A DNA stretch of 64,000 nt from a virus: positions 32,001 to 96,000 of IMG/VR virus record IMGVR_UViG_3300011113_000675. One strand, written 5' to 3'. The notes beneath the pieces were generated by a model. The model made no database searches. It was not told the origin of the DNA and worked only from the letters and a program-made list of their open reading frames with translations. The position numbers and the translations under genes are program-made. Below are positions 1 through 11,062 of this stretch, in pieces; positions within the stretch are counted from its first letter, which is position 1; every line of letters begins with the position of its first letter.

Positions 1-1
1 T

Positions 2-313
2 AAAGAGGATGGGTTGAGAGATTATATGTTCTCAGTGTCCATTGAAAACGATGCATCAGATGCATATTTCACTGAAAAATTGACTGACAACTTCGTTATG
101 GGCACTGTACCAGTGTATTATGGGTCAAGAAAAGTTGTTGAAAGATACTTTAATCCTCAAGGTGTTATCTTCTTGGAAGATGACCCAACTCTATCAACAT
201 TATCTGTTGAAAAATATCAATCCATGATGCCGGCAATCGAAGAAAACTTCAAGTTGGCACAAGAACTTCCGATAGCGGAAGATTACTTTTTTGAAAAATA
301 TCTAAAAAAATGA
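2..313 (+). CDS. Glycosyltransferase family 10 (fucosyltransferase-like), C-terminal part; 5' truncated by window
   Basis: Motif YMFSVSIEN...YFTEKL...GTVPVYYG; frame open from position 2. Confidence 0.75.
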   Translation, partial: KEDGLRDYMFSVSIENDASDAYFTEKLTDNFVMGTVPVYYGSRKVVERYFNPQGVIFLEDDPTLSTLSVEKYQSMMPAIEENFKLAQELPIAEDYFFEKYLKK

Positions 314-1119
314 AATATCTTGTTTTAGGTTCTTCAGGCCAAATAGGTTTGGAACTTTGTAAATTTCTAAGAAAAGAGGGTCATGAAGTCGTAGAATTCG
401 ACATCGTAGCCGATGAAGCACAAGATTTAAGGATTCCAAATGTTTTGGATGAATTAGTTAAAGATGTCGATTTTGTAATGTTTTTGGCATTCGATGTCGG
501 AGGATCTAGGTATCTAAAAAAATACCAACACACTTACGAGTTTATTAATAACAATGTTAGATTAACCTTGTTTACATTCGAGACTCTAAAAAAATATCAG
601 AAACCTTTCATATTCGCATCATCCCAAATGGCCAACATGTCTTACTCACCTTATGGTGTTTGTAAATCTATTGGTGAGGTTTATGCCAAAGCACTTAATG
701 GTTTGACTGTTAAGTTTTGGAATGTTTATGGACCAGAACATGACATGGAAAAGTCTCACGTAATTACTGATTTTATTGTCAAAGCGAGACAAGGAAAAAT
801 TGAAATGATGACGGATGGTAAAGAAGAAAGACAATTTTTACATGCTGAAGATTGTTCAAGATGTTTGTTAATACTATCTGAAAAATATGATGAGATAGAT
901 AGAGACTCTAATTTACACATAACTAACTTCGAATGGAACACAATTTTGGAAATTGCTGAGATTATCAAAGAATTTATTCCTTGTGAAATTGTCCCATCTG
1001 AAGAAATAGACTCGGTTCAGATGAACAAAAGAAATGAACCTGACCCGTATATTCTTAATTTTTGGAAACCAGAAATATCCATAAAAAAAGGTATTGAAAA
1101 AATTATTAACGAAATATGA
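310..1119 (+). CDS. NAD-dependent epimerase/dehydratase (extended SDR)
   Basis: LGSSGQIG Rossmann motif, YGVCK (YxxxK), NVYGP. Confidence 0.9.
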   Translation: MKYLVLGSSGQIGLELCKFLRKEGHEVVEFDIVADEAQDLRIPNVLDELVKDVDFVMFLAFDVGGSRYLKKYQHTYEFINNNVRLTLFTFETLKKYQKPFIFASSQMANMSYSPYGVCKSIGEVYAKALNGLTVKFWNVYGPEHDMEKSHVITDFIVKARQGKIEMMTDGKEERQFLHAEDCSRCLLILSEKYDEIDRDSNLHITNFEWNTILEIAEIIKEFIPCEIVPSEEIDSVQMNKRNEPDPYILNFWKPEISIKKGIEKIINEI

Positions 1120-2210
1120 AAAAAATAGTAGTATTAGGTGGTGGAGGTTTCATAGGTGGACACCTTGCCAAAAGATTAAAAGAAGAAGGTAATCACGTCA
1201 GAATATGTGACATCAAAAAACACGAGTATTTCTTTCAAGATGAAATTTGTCACGAATTTATTTTGGGGGATTTAACTGACCCGAAAGTGGTTGAATTAGT
1301 AATTGAAGAAGGGGTTGATGAAGTTTATCAGTTAGCTGCTGACATGGGTGGAGCTTTGTATATTTTTACTGGAGAACATGACGCAGATGTAATGTACAAT
1401 TCAGCAACCATTAATCTTAATGTTGCTCGTGAAGCAGTAAAGAAAAAGGTAGGTAAATTATTTTATTCATCTTCAGCGTGTATGTACCCTGAACACAACC
1501 AGTTAGACCCTGACAATCCAAATTGTGAAGAATCCTCAGCTTACCCCGCCAATCCTGATTCGGAGTATGGATGGGAAAAATTATTCTCTGAAAGACTTTA
1601 TTTGGCATTCAGTAGAAACTATGGGTTGAATGTTAGAATCGCAAGATTTCACAACATCTTCGGTCCACAGGGAACATGGAATGGAGGTAGAGAAAAATCT
1701 CCAGCAGCTATGTGTCGAAAAGCGGCTGAAACAGACTCTGGTGGGGAAATTGAAGTTTGGGGAAATGGTTTACAAACTCGTTCTTTCTTGTATGTTGATG
1801 AATGTGTTGAAGCGGTAATTAGATTGATGGAATCAGACTTTGAAGGTCCTGTAAATATTGGTAGTGAAGAAATGGTCACAATCAATCAGTTAGCTAAAAT
1901 GGCAATTGAAATATCTGAAAAAGATATTGATATCAAAAATATTGAAGGGGTAGAATTTATAAAAAAATATGGTTTCAAATGCCCATTAGGAGTTAAAGGG
2001 AGAAATTCTGATAATAAATTATACCGAGAAAAAATCGGATGGGAAGTAAGTCAGCCTCTATCAGTAGGTTTGAAAAAAACTTATCAATGGATAAAATCAC
2101 AAGTCGACAAAAAAGACAACGAAACTTTGTGGATTTATGAAAGTCCTGACGGGGGAAACACGGTGTATAAACGAGAATCACAGAATACAAAAAAAATTAA
2201 AGTAAAATAA
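1116..2210 (+). CDS. GDP-mannose 3,5-epimerase-like SDR
   Basis: GGGGFIG, LAADMGG, SSACMYP, YGWEK, GVKGRNSDN; extra C-terminal tail. Confidence 0.85.
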   Translation: MKKIVVLGGGGFIGGHLAKRLKEEGNHVRICDIKKHEYFFQDEICHEFILGDLTDPKVVELVIEEGVDEVYQLAADMGGALYIFTGEHDADVMYNSATINLNVAREAVKKKVGKLFYSSSACMYPEHNQLDPDNPNCEESSAYPANPDSEYGWEKLFSERLYLAFSRNYGLNVRIARFHNIFGPQGTWNGGREKSPAAMCRKAAETDSGGEIEVWGNGLQTRSFLYVDECVEAVIRLMESDFEGPVNIGSEEMVTINQLAKMAIEISEKDIDIKNIEGVEFIKKYGFKCPLGVKGRNSDNKLYREKIGWEVSQPLSVGLKKTYQWIKSQVDKKDNETLWIYESPDGGNTVYKRESQNTKKIKVK

Positions 2211-2211
2211 T

Positions 2212-2592
2212 ATGGTATCTGTTCCTGTTAGTGTTGGAGAATTAATTGATAAATTATCAATTTTGCAAGTAAAAAAAATAAAAATTACAAATCCTGAGAA
2301 GTTGAAATACGTATCGGAAGAATTTGATTTGTTACATAATCAATCAAAAATTTATTTTCAAGTTGACGAAGTGAGGTCTTTGTACGATTCACTAACCGAA
2401 GTTAATTCAAACCTTTGGGATGTAGAAGATAAATTGAGAGTTTTTGAATCTGAAAAAAAGTTCAACGAAGAATTTATTGAATTGGCAAGAAAAGTTTATT
2501 ACACGAATGATGAAAGATTTAGGTTGAAAAATGAAATTAACTCTATCACATCTTCTGAAATTAGAGAAGTAAAAGATTATAAACCTTACTAA
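2212..2592 (+). CDS. Conserved hypothetical (DUF6165-like)
   Basis: PVSVGELIDKLSIL, LWDVED, NDERFRLKNEIN pattern. Confidence 0.65.
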   Translation: MVSVPVSVGELIDKLSILQVKKIKITNPEKLKYVSEEFDLLHNQSKIYFQVDEVRSLYDSLTEVNSNLWDVEDKLRVFESEKKFNEEFIELARKVYYTNDERFRLKNEINSITSSEIREVKDYKPY

Positions 2593-2620
2593 CTTTCGAA
2601 CCGAGATTAAATTACAAAAA

Positions 2621-3355
2621 ATGGGTAGATTAACAAAACCGAAACCGACGGCAACTTTGCCAAGTGAAGAAGTACCAATTAAAAATAAAAAACAGCAAAT
2701 CTGTTCAATAATTAAACGAAAAACAAAAGAGAAGTTTCTATCTGAAAGTCAAAAAGAATACTACGAAAAGTTAGTTAATAACCAAATTAGTATATGTTCA
2801 GGTCCGGCCGGTGTTGGAAAAAGTTATATCGCAATGAAATGTGCGGTTGATTTACTTTCTGACCCCAACACACCTTATGAAAAAATTATAATTGTAAGAC
2901 CTGCGGTTGAAGCTGAAGAAAAACTTGGGAGTTTACCAGGTGGGGTGGAGGAAAAACTCGACCCATATATTTTTCCTTCGTATTACCTATTAAATAAAAT
3001 AATCGGTAAAGATACAAGGGAAAAATTAAAGGAAATCGAAGCAATTGAAGTCTTCGCGTTGGCTTACATGAGAGGTATGAATATTGACAACTCCATTTTA
3101 ATTTTCGAAGAAGCTCAAAATTCTACACCGAGTCAAATGAAATTATTACTAACAAGAATTGGGTTCAATTCTAAGTTTTTTATTTCAGGTGATTTAGAAC
3201 AATTCGATAGACATAAAGATAAAACACAAACGGGTCTTTGGGATGCTCTGAAAAAGTTTCAAAATATGGATGATATTGGCGTATTTGAATTCAAATCCAC
3301 AGATATTGTTAGGAATCCATTAATATCCAAAATATTAGAAAAATACGAAGAATGA
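2621..3355 (+). CDS. phoH: PhoH-family ATPase
   Basis: GPAGVGKS, VRPAVE, LGSLPG, YMRG, EEAQN, LTRIG, GDLEQ. Confidence 0.93.
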   Translation: MGRLTKPKPTATLPSEEVPIKNKKQQICSIIKRKTKEKFLSESQKEYYEKLVNNQISICSGPAGVGKSYIAMKCAVDLLSDPNTPYEKIIIVRPAVEAEEKLGSLPGGVEEKLDPYIFPSYYLLNKIIGKDTREKLKEIEAIEVFALAYMRGMNIDNSILIFEEAQNSTPSQMKLLLTRIGFNSKFFISGDLEQFDRHKDKTQTGLWDALKKFQNMDDIGVFEFKSTDIVRNPLISKILEKYEE

Positions 3356-3951
3356 GAATAGGTATTGAACTGAATGGAGTTTTGAGAGATACTCTAAAAA
3401 AAATACAACAAGAATACGAAAAGTGGTATATTGAAAATCCTTTCAGAGACGAAAATGAGGATGACAACTTTCAATATGAAGTTTTATCTAATTTGACATC
3501 TTTAGACATTTCAAAACATTTGAAATTTAAAAATGAAGATGAGTTGTATGATTTTCTTTATAAAGAACATACCATGGAAATTTTTGGTCATGCGGGTTCC
3601 GTTGAACCCTCAGGACTTTTGGACTTGAATGATTTTTACTTGGACATGAGAGATTCCCACGATATTATTATTGTCTCAGATGAAATTGGAAAATCGAAAC
3701 CAGCATCTTTATTTTTCATTTCGAAATTTGGATGTTTAGTTGAATCAGTCAAATTTTACAGTGAAAGTACAATTAATTCACTATGGGATTCAGTAGACAT
3801 TTTACTTACCGCGAATCCTAAACTATTATTGAATCATCCAAAAAACAAAATTGTAATTAAATTCAACACAACTTATAACTACGATGTTGAATCTGATTTT
3901 CATATTTCAAGTCTTAAGGAGTTAAAAACAAAAATACAAGAAATAATATGA
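3352..3951 (+). CDS. HAD-fold 5'-nucleotidase-like protein with degenerate catalytic motif
   Basis: N-terminal IGIELNGVLRD resembles hhhDxDGV with E/N substitutions. Confidence 0.45.
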   Translation: MRIGIELNGVLRDTLKKIQQEYEKWYIENPFRDENEDDNFQYEVLSNLTSLDISKHLKFKNEDELYDFLYKEHTMEIFGHAGSVEPSGLLDLNDFYLDMRDSHDIIIVSDEIGKSKPASLFFISKFGCLVESVKFYSESTINSLWDSVDILLTANPKLLLNHPKNKIVIKFNTTYNYDVESDFHISSLKELKTKIQEII

Positions 3952-4232
3952 TACAAGTATTAGGTGAGAATTATTTTATCGACTTAGATGAAATCGAAGA
4001 CTATCTTGACATGAGTCAAGACGAGGACAAAGACGATTCAGAATCAGGGGTAACAGAAACAAAAATTAATATTATCAAATTCGAAATGGTTAAAATGTTA
4101 TTAGATACCGTTTTGAATGAACAAGAAATTGTTGATGAAAAGCTTGGAATGAAGTCTAATGCCCAAGTGAGCATTCCTTTTAGGATTGCTTTCAACAGTT
4201 TATTAAATAAAAAACTTATCAATCATTATTAA
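3948..4232 (+). CDS. Hypothetical protein
   Basis: Start/stop overlap with neighbours in the operon. Confidence 0.6.
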   Translation: MIQVLGENYFIDLDEIEDYLDMSQDEDKDDSESGVTETKINIIKFEMVKMLLDTVLNEQEIVDEKLGMKSNAQVSIPFRIAFNSLLNKKLINHY

Positions 4233-4233
4233 T

Positions 4234-5286
4234 ATGGAAAACCAACTTCAAGAAAAAGTAAAACAGTCCATTAAGATATTAAGAGACAAACAAGCCAGAA
4301 TATATTTTTTAGTTCAAGATACTAAAGGTAACGCAAAGGCATCAGTGAGACTCATATATCAAATGGCAAAAGCATTAAAAGATAATGGATTTAATCCCAT
4401 TATACTACATGAAAAAGCAGACTATGCCGGAGTTGTTGCATGGTTAGATGAAGAGTTTATGTCAATACCTCACAGAGCAATTGAAGGACAAAATCTAGAA
4501 ATTTCACCAGAAGATTTTTTAGTTATTCCTGAAATTTTCGGGTATGTAATGGACCAAGTGAAACAACTCCCTTGTGCTAAAATTGTTTTAACACAACAAT
4601 ATGCCCATATGTTGGAAACTTTACAACCAGGTCAAACATGGAATCAGTTCGGATTTTTAAAGTGTATCACAACTTCAAGTAAACAAAAAGAATACATCGA
4701 AAGGGTAATGAGACAAATTTCCTTCGACATCATTGACCCATTAATCAGTGAAGAATTTACACCTAAATCAACTCCTGCAATGCCAATTATCGGCGTTCAT
4801 GCGAAAGAACAGAGTGATGCGATTAATTTAATCAAAACTTTTTATTTAAAATTTCCACAGTATCGTTGGTTCACCTTTAGAGACCTGAGAGGGTTATCAG
4901 AAAAAGAATTTGCAAACTCGTTAAGAGATTGTTTTTTGAGTGTTTGGATTGATGACCATAGTGGGTTTGGCACATTTCCGTTAGAATCAATGAAATCAAA
5001 TGTTCCTGTGATTGGAAAAGTTCCAAACTTGTCACCTGACTGGATGAGTGAAGAAAATGGTATTTGGGTCACAGACCAAACTTTATTACCTGATTTGGTT
5101 GCAGATTACGCACAAAATTGGTTGGAAGACAATATTGACCCACAAATTTTTGAAAAAATGAAAGAAACCGTTGAAAGATACACGGATAAACAAAAGTTTG
5201 AATCTACAGTAGTTTCTCTATTCGAGGGTTATTTGACTACAAGAGCAGATTCATTTGAAAACCAAATTTCGAAAACAGAAGAATAA
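4234..5286 (+). CDS. GT-B fold glycosyltransferase-like protein
   Basis: GFGTFPLESM...VPVIG resembles the GT4 ExFG..xE motif. Confidence 0.65.
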   Translation: MENQLQEKVKQSIKILRDKQARIYFLVQDTKGNAKASVRLIYQMAKALKDNGFNPIILHEKADYAGVVAWLDEEFMSIPHRAIEGQNLEISPEDFLVIPEIFGYVMDQVKQLPCAKIVLTQQYAHMLETLQPGQTWNQFGFLKCITTSSKQKEYIERVMRQISFDIIDPLISEEFTPKSTPAMPIIGVHAKEQSDAINLIKTFYLKFPQYRWFTFRDLRGLSEKEFANSLRDCFLSVWIDDHSGFGTFPLESMKSNVPVIGKVPNLSPDWMSEENGIWVTDQTLLPDLVADYAQNWLEDNIDPQIFEKMKETVERYTDKQKFESTVVSLFEGYLTTRADSFENQISKTEE

Positions 5287-5287
5287 T

Positions 5288-6094
5288 ATGAATAATACAC
5301 TATCATTATCAGTAATACTACCTATAAAATCTTCCAAAGCAAAAGACTTCGATGAGTACTTTGAAAAGGCAATTTCATCTTTAAAAAATCAACAAGTTGG
5401 TTTTGAAGAACTAGTAATTGTTCATTCACAAGAACAGTCCCTCATTGATTTGTTGAACTCGTATGATTTTGGTGATTTGAACGTCACAAAATTATTGTGG
5501 GACCAAGAACCAAATTATGCAAACCAAGTAAATTTCGGAATAAAAAATGCAAAGGGAACTTGGGTATCCCTTTTTGAATTTGATGATGAATATTCTTCAA
5601 TATGGTTCAAAAATGTTAAAAAATATGTTGAGTCATTTCCTGAAGTACAAATGTTCCTACCTGTTGTAGTTGAGACAGACGAAAAAGGATTATTTGCTGG
5701 TTTCACAAATGAAGCGACATTTGCGGCTAATTTCTCTCAAGAAATGGGTATTTTGACTAACGACACTTTACAAGAATACCAAAATTTTCAAACTGCAGGT
5801 TCTGTAATCAAGAAATCCGTTATCGAAGATTTTGGAGGGTTCAAGCCGTCAATCAAACTAACTTTTATATATGAGTTTTTATTAAGACTAACATATAACT
5901 CAGTTTCAGTAATGACAATTCCAAGGTTAGGTTACAAACACGTTAACTTGAGAGAAGGTTCTATTTTTTGGAATTATAAATTTGGAGACAGTAAAATGGT
6001 TGAAGATGAAGTAAAATTTTGGATTCAAACCGCAAAAAGAGAATATTTTTTCACGGACGACAGATCCATAAAATATCAATCTGAAAATGCTTAA
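5288..6094 (+). CDS. GT2-family glycosyltransferase
   Basis: LSVILP start, NFGIKNAKGTWVSLFEFDD (DxD-like); ATG at 5288 follows the upstream stop. Confidence 0.7.
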   Translation: MNNTLSLSVILPIKSSKAKDFDEYFEKAISSLKNQQVGFEELVIVHSQEQSLIDLLNSYDFGDLNVTKLLWDQEPNYANQVNFGIKNAKGTWVSLFEFDDEYSSIWFKNVKKYVESFPEVQMFLPVVVETDEKGLFAGFTNEATFAANFSQEMGILTNDTLQEYQNFQTAGSVIKKSVIEDFGGFKPSIKLTFIYEFLLRLTYNSVSVMTIPRLGYKHVNLREGSIFWNYKFGDSKMVEDEVKFWIQTAKREYFFTDDRSIKYQSENA

Positions 6095-6840
6095 TGCAAG
6101 ATTCACTCTCTGCCACAACAGAGGATGTTTTATCAAAAAAAAGAGGTAGAAAGGCAGTTAAAGAAAATTATTTCGATGTAAGAGAAGAAGAGGCGGTTAG
6201 AAAATTTCTAATTGCCGAATCGTCTTACGAAAAAAATAAAATTTATAATCAATTTTTAAGGTCTCCTTTAGATAAAATGATTTCCTCAATTATCAGACGA
6301 TATAAATTATATCGTAAGGATATGGATTTTGAGGAAATTCATACAGATACCCACTCCTTTCTCATGACGAAAGTCGATAAGTTTAAGCCTGATAAAAATA
6401 AAAAGGCATATTCTTACTTTGGAACTATTTGTAAAAATTATTTAATGGGTCAAATTATCAAAGACCAAAAAGAAACTAATCGAAAAATATCATATGAAGA
6501 TATTTCATCAAGTCTTGAGGAAAGACCTGATATGTCATACAGAATTGATGATGACGTAATTGAAACAGATTATGTCATTAATCAATATTTGACTGAGTTG
6601 AAAACTTATATAGAATCCGAACAACTGAATGACAATGAAAAAAAGTTGGGATACGCTTTAATCGATTTATTTGATAATTATGAATCTATCTTTTCTGGAG
6701 CTGACAATAATAAATTTAACAAAAATGTGATATTATTGTCGCTTCGTGAAATGACAAATCTAAGTACTAAAGAGATACGTAGTTCAATTAAGAGATTCAA
6801 AAAATTATATATTGTGATTCAGTCCAGAATTAAAAACTGA
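6094..6840 (+). CDS. Putative phage late sigma factor (gp55-like)
   Basis: Sigma region-2-like KFKPDKNKKAYSYFGTICKNYL; C-terminal HTH-like segment. Confidence 0.55.
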   Translation: MQDSLSATTEDVLSKKRGRKAVKENYFDVREEEAVRKFLIAESSYEKNKIYNQFLRSPLDKMISSIIRRYKLYRKDMDFEEIHTDTHSFLMTKVDKFKPDKNKKAYSYFGTICKNYLMGQIIKDQKETNRKISYEDISSSLEERPDMSYRIDDDVIETDYVINQYLTELKTYIESEQLNDNEKKLGYALIDLFDNYESIFSGADNNKFNKNVILLSLREMTNLSTKEIRSSIKRFKKLYIVIQSRIKN

Positions 6841-6859
6841 TAAAAAAGTATTTATAGAT

Positions 6860-7228
6860 ATGCCGAGACCTCAAAGAAAAGAAATTAATTTCACGAAAGA
6901 TTCTATTTTATCTCTTATGCAAGAAATCTATAATGAACTTGTTGAACAAAGACAAACTGCGATTAGGATTCAAAATAAGATGTTAGCAATGTTAAAGGAT
7001 CCCTCCGACATGACTACTATTGGTCCTGTAATTGAAAAACAACAAAAAATCGTAAATGATTGTGTTGAAAAAAAACTCAACCTATCAAAACTTCAGTCGA
7101 GTATTTGGGAGAAATCTAACAACAATAAAGAGGAATCTTTTTCTCTTGCAGATTTAGACGATGATTTAATACAAAATCTTATTGAGAAAGATGTTTCCAA
7201 AGATGAGGAATCTTACAAAATGAGATAA
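6860..7228 (+). CDS. Hypothetical coiled-coil protein
   Basis: TATTTAT 4 nt upstream of ATG; heptad-rich. Confidence 0.6.
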   Translation: MPRPQRKEINFTKDSILSLMQEIYNELVEQRQTAIRIQNKMLAMLKDPSDMTTIGPVIEKQQKIVNDCVEKKLNLSKLQSSIWEKSNNNKEESFSLADLDDDLIQNLIEKDVSKDEESYKMR

Positions 7229-7231
7229 AAT

Positions 7232-9322
7232 ATGCCATTAGATATAAATTCCGCTCAACAATCAATACAAAGCAAGATTGATGCCTACAAAACTTACAGG
7301 GAGGTTTCACAATCAGAAAAAACTCTTTTGGGCAAATTGGGTAATTCCGCTACTGAGGCAACCTCACAAATTTCAAGTCAATTAGATAAGGTAAGTGAAT
7401 TTCAAAAAAGGTTTCAAAGAAATCCTCCGAATTCAATGGACCAACTATTGGGGTTTCTGGGTCAAACACAAGGGAACGGTAGTGCTACTTTAAAATATTT
7501 GAGGTCTAAGATATTACAAGCCGCCGCTCAAATTGAACCTAAAATGGCTGATATTCTAAAAAAAGAGACGATAAATGCTCTTGGATGTTCAGTCGAACAA
7601 ACATATAATGGTGTAACGGCAGAAAGTTTATCTTTACAACCTATACCACTAAGACCACAACAAGAAGGAATATACATTCCTGTAAACTCGGTAGATTTTT
7701 TTTCGAATCTGAAACAGTCTCCTCAGACAAACTTTGGTAAAGTTTATTATGAGAAAGAAGACCCATCAGCAGATTCGACATTCCGTCCTTACGGAGGTCC
7801 GATACCATTTCCGATGAACAAGCAGTTATTCAACTTAATGACCGCTGATAACAAAGACAGGTCATACAGTCAAATCAATGGAAAGAATTATACAGGAAAA
7901 TCAGGACAAAATTTATTTGATGTACAGTATACTCAAATGAACAGTTTTGGTGTGACTGGTGACTACTATAGAGTTTTTTTGATTGACCGTGAAGATGGTC
8001 AAGGAAATATAACAAATAATGTTGGAGAATTTATTTCTGACTACTATAGCACTATAAAAATAGTGGACTCTGTTGATATTGGAGCCCAACTTGTGAATTT
8101 GATTTCGGGGGCTATGGACATCAACGCACAAGTTGGTTTCGGTGAATTAAATAATCAAAGCAGATTTGGATTGATTGCTTCAAGGATACTTGGATTGTGT
8201 TTCGATGAAAGAAGAGAAATCGATGTGAGTGGAGTGGCAAAAGTTGGTGAATTGGATGGTGTTGATGATAGTTTTTTTGAACTTAACGAAATTGACTTAA
8301 GGAATATCGAAGTTGAAATTTCGAACGTTCAAAATGGTATTATGGAATTCGAAGATTGTGATAATATACAATTACCTGTCGATTCTGAAGCGTTGGTTGC
8401 TCAATTGATTGAATTTCGAAACAATTTGAGTGGAGAAACTGTTGAACAACAAGCTGAAAATATTGGAGCAATTATCGATACTATATCAGATAATCCTAGT
8501 TGGTCTTTAACCGCACCTGCAAATCTGAATGTTAAAATTTCAATAGATAAGAGTGTGATAAAAAAAATACCATTGGCAGTTGCCGCTGGAGTATTAACAC
8601 CAAAAAATCTTTTCCCACTTTATACTTTATTATCTGTAGTAGAATCTGGAGCAACATACACTTACAATCAAGCAGTCACTGAAATTAATCAAACTACAGC
8701 CCCAATTACTGATTTCGGAAATCAAGCCGCTAATATCGGAGCACAAGGAAGTAATATTGTCAATAGTGGAGAAGATTTCTTAAAAAAATTCAAAACTTTT
8801 TCGATTCAAGTCATTTCTCAAATTAATGCGGAGTTTCTTCAAGTTCTTTATGAAATATTAAAAAAAGATATTATAAATTTAGTATCTATTATAATTACGG
8901 ATGTTTCGAACTCAGCTAGATTGAAACAATATACCATGATAATTAGACTAGTACAAATTGCTTTAGTTGTAGCTCAGTTAGTAGATGACTATCGTAGATG
9001 TAAAAGCCTTTTAGACAATATATTACTCTTACTAAATTTAATTGGTCAAACAGCGCGTATTACAATTCCACAACCGTTATTGGCCTTAGCAGATTTATTA
9101 CCTGGAACTTCACCTGAAAGAGCATCAATAAACGTTATTGAAGGCCTACAGAAGGTAGGGATACCAACAGGAACTTTACCCGATGGTTCACCAAACTTAA
9201 TGGGACTATACGATTTAATAAGTAAAAGAGGTAGTGAAAAAGAAGAAGCGGAAAATGGTAAAATTTTAACAACAATAAAACCTCAATCTGGAGGATTTTT
9301 GATGGTAGGTAAAAAGTTTTAA
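7232..9322 (+). CDS. Hypothetical, likely virion/baseplate protein
   Basis: 696-aa ORF in a late operon upstream of a gp5-like gene. Confidence 0.5.
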   Translation: MPLDINSAQQSIQSKIDAYKTYREVSQSEKTLLGKLGNSATEATSQISSQLDKVSEFQKRFQRNPPNSMDQLLGFLGQTQGNGSATLKYLRSKILQAAAQIEPKMADILKKETINALGCSVEQTYNGVTAESLSLQPIPLRPQQEGIYIPVNSVDFFSNLKQSPQTNFGKVYYEKEDPSADSTFRPYGGPIPFPMNKQLFNLMTADNKDRSYSQINGKNYTGKSGQNLFDVQYTQMNSFGVTGDYYRVFLIDREDGQGNITNNVGEFISDYYSTIKIVDSVDIGAQLVNLISGAMDINAQVGFGELNNQSRFGLIASRILGLCFDERREIDVSGVAKVGELDGVDDSFFELNEIDLRNIEVEISNVQNGIMEFEDCDNIQLPVDSEALVAQLIEFRNNLSGETVEQQAENIGAIIDTISDNPSWSLTAPANLNVKISIDKSVIKKIPLAVAAGVLTPKNLFPLYTLLSVVESGATYTYNQAVTEINQTTAPITDFGNQAANIGAQGSNIVNSGEDFLKKFKTFSIQVISQINAEFLQVLYEILKKDIINLVSIIITDVSNSARLKQYTMIIRLVQIALVVAQLVDDYRRCKSLLDNILLLLNLIGQTARITIPQPLLALADLLPGTSPERASINVIEGLQKVGIPTGTLPDGSPNLMGLYDLISKRGSEKEEAENGKILTTIKPQSGGFLMVGKKF

Positions 9323-9324
9323 TA

Positions 9325-9537
9325 ATGAAAGACGAAAAATTTAAGGAAATATTAGATAGTCAACTATCTCTCAAAGATTTACCAAATACAAAGTTGGTGG
9401 AATATATGGATTTATTATCATCAGACTTCGAATTAACAAAAGATTCTATAATCAAAAGTACCCTATACTTAGATAAAGTAGAAGAATTATACGACAGGTT
9501 ATTGAAGGTTTATCAAGAAAGAAATAATGGAAAATAA
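9325..9537 (+). CDS. Hypothetical protein
   Basis: Tightly packed within the operon. Confidence 0.55.
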   Translation: MKDEKFKEILDSQLSLKDLPNTKLVEYMDLLSSDFELTKDSIIKSTLYLDKVEELYDRLLKVYQERNNGK

Positions 9538-11062
9538 CTCAATTTTTTTTCAGTGTAGAGTGTTAAATACTGAAGACCCAATGATGCTGGGTCGTATCAG
9601 AGGTGTTCGTCTTATTGACAACTATGACGATATATTAAAAAGTATTAGTGACCCTCCGTGGAACGAAGAAAAAGATATATGGACTTCTCGTGACCCATTT
9701 GTATTTAATGCTTTACTTCCATATTTCGTATATTCTGTACCCAAAGTAGACGAATTAGTTCAAGTTATTTACGTGAACAAAGATTTTCAATATCAAAATC
9801 AATACTACGTTCAAAACACATTTTCAACTCCGACAGCTACCTTCAAAGAATTTTATTTCGGTGGAAATAAATTCACAGGTACGGGTATGCAAATCAAAAA
9901 CCCTAAACCTCTCAAGAACCAAGATGGAACGTTTACTGACCAATCTGTACATAAAGGAGTTTTTCCTCAACCAGGAGATAATGCACTTTTAGGTAGAGGA
10001 AGTGCTGATGTTGTTGTGAAACAAGACGAAGTATTAATACGAGCAGGTAAATTTAAAGGGGAACAATTGCAACCTAACGTAATTCCTGTTGCTAACCAAC
10101 AGAGGGGGTTTTTACAATTATCAAAGTTTCAAAGTACACTACAAAATTTAGAGCCAAAAACCTACTTTGAACTTCAGGAAGATGTTTTACTCACAAAATA
10201 TTTAATTGAATGGACTTTAACCAATCCTGAGAATGCTCAAGACCGATTTACGGGTGCAGTTTATTTGTACCAATTAAAACCTGACGTTTCTATAAATTCC
10301 AAAAATATAACAGTCGATAGTGAGATTTCAGAAAATCTTAAAAAATTAGTTGCAACAGAATCTTTCACGATGTTATCAAAAACTCAGACTATTGAATTTA
10401 TAAATAATTTCATCAAGACCTGTAATCAAAGTAATGTAACAAGAAGCGGTGTAAAATTATTTACTGATAACAATGATGCAAACAAATTTCCGATTTTTTA
10501 TCGACCTAATACAATAATGTATTCCAAGTTGAACCCTTCAACACCTTTGGGGTCAACTGCAACTCCAATAGAAGTGAGTAACATCAGTGACATTTATAAA
10601 GGGGTAAAATTGAATCCATCATTAAAAGGGGGTTATGGTTTAATTTATACAAAAGGTAAAGTTGGAAATCCAAGAACCCCGGTAAAAAAGGTAGTTAAAC
10701 AACAAAAATACGTAAACCAAGAATCTTCTTATGGAGCATTAGGAAGTGATGTGTTATTTTTAGTTTCACACAATTCCCAAGTACCTGGTAAAGGAAAAAT
10801 TAATTTCGACGACACTTTATATGGAATTACTCCTGAGAAATTTGCTAATGAATTTTTTCCTAAAACTTCTAGTATGGTTAGAGGTGAGGAACTTTTGGAA
10901 TTGATTAACTTGATTGTAAAGTTCTTGGTAACTCATACTCACGCGTATCCCGGTCTCCCACCAGTACCTGTAACTCAAGATGGAACAAACGTTCAATCAA
11001 TTCTAACCGAGCTCAATAATGCGGTTAACAAAATTCTAAGTAAAAATATTAGACTTAATTGA
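9527..11062 (+). CDS. Baseplate hub/central spike protein (gp5/GpV-like)
   Basis: N-terminal OB-fold motif EDPMMLGRIR; C-terminal THTH (HxH) spike-tip motif. Confidence 0.65.
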   Translation: MENNSIFFQCRVLNTEDPMMLGRIRGVRLIDNYDDILKSISDPPWNEEKDIWTSRDPFVFNALLPYFVYSVPKVDELVQVIYVNKDFQYQNQYYVQNTFSTPTATFKEFYFGGNKFTGTGMQIKNPKPLKNQDGTFTDQSVHKGVFPQPGDNALLGRGSADVVVKQDEVLIRAGKFKGEQLQPNVIPVANQQRGFLQLSKFQSTLQNLEPKTYFELQEDVLLTKYLIEWTLTNPENAQDRFTGAVYLYQLKPDVSINSKNITVDSEISENLKKLVATESFTMLSKTQTIEFINNFIKTCNQSNVTRSGVKLFTDNNDANKFPIFYRPNTIMYSKLNPSTPLGSTATPIEVSNISDIYKGVKLNPSLKGGYGLIYTKGKVGNPRTPVKKVVKQQKYVNQESSYGALGSDVLFLVSHNSQVPGKGKINFDDTLYGITPEKFANEFFPKTSSMVRGEELLELINLIVKFLVTHTHAYPGLPPVPVTQDGTNVQSILTELNNAVNKILSKNIRLN

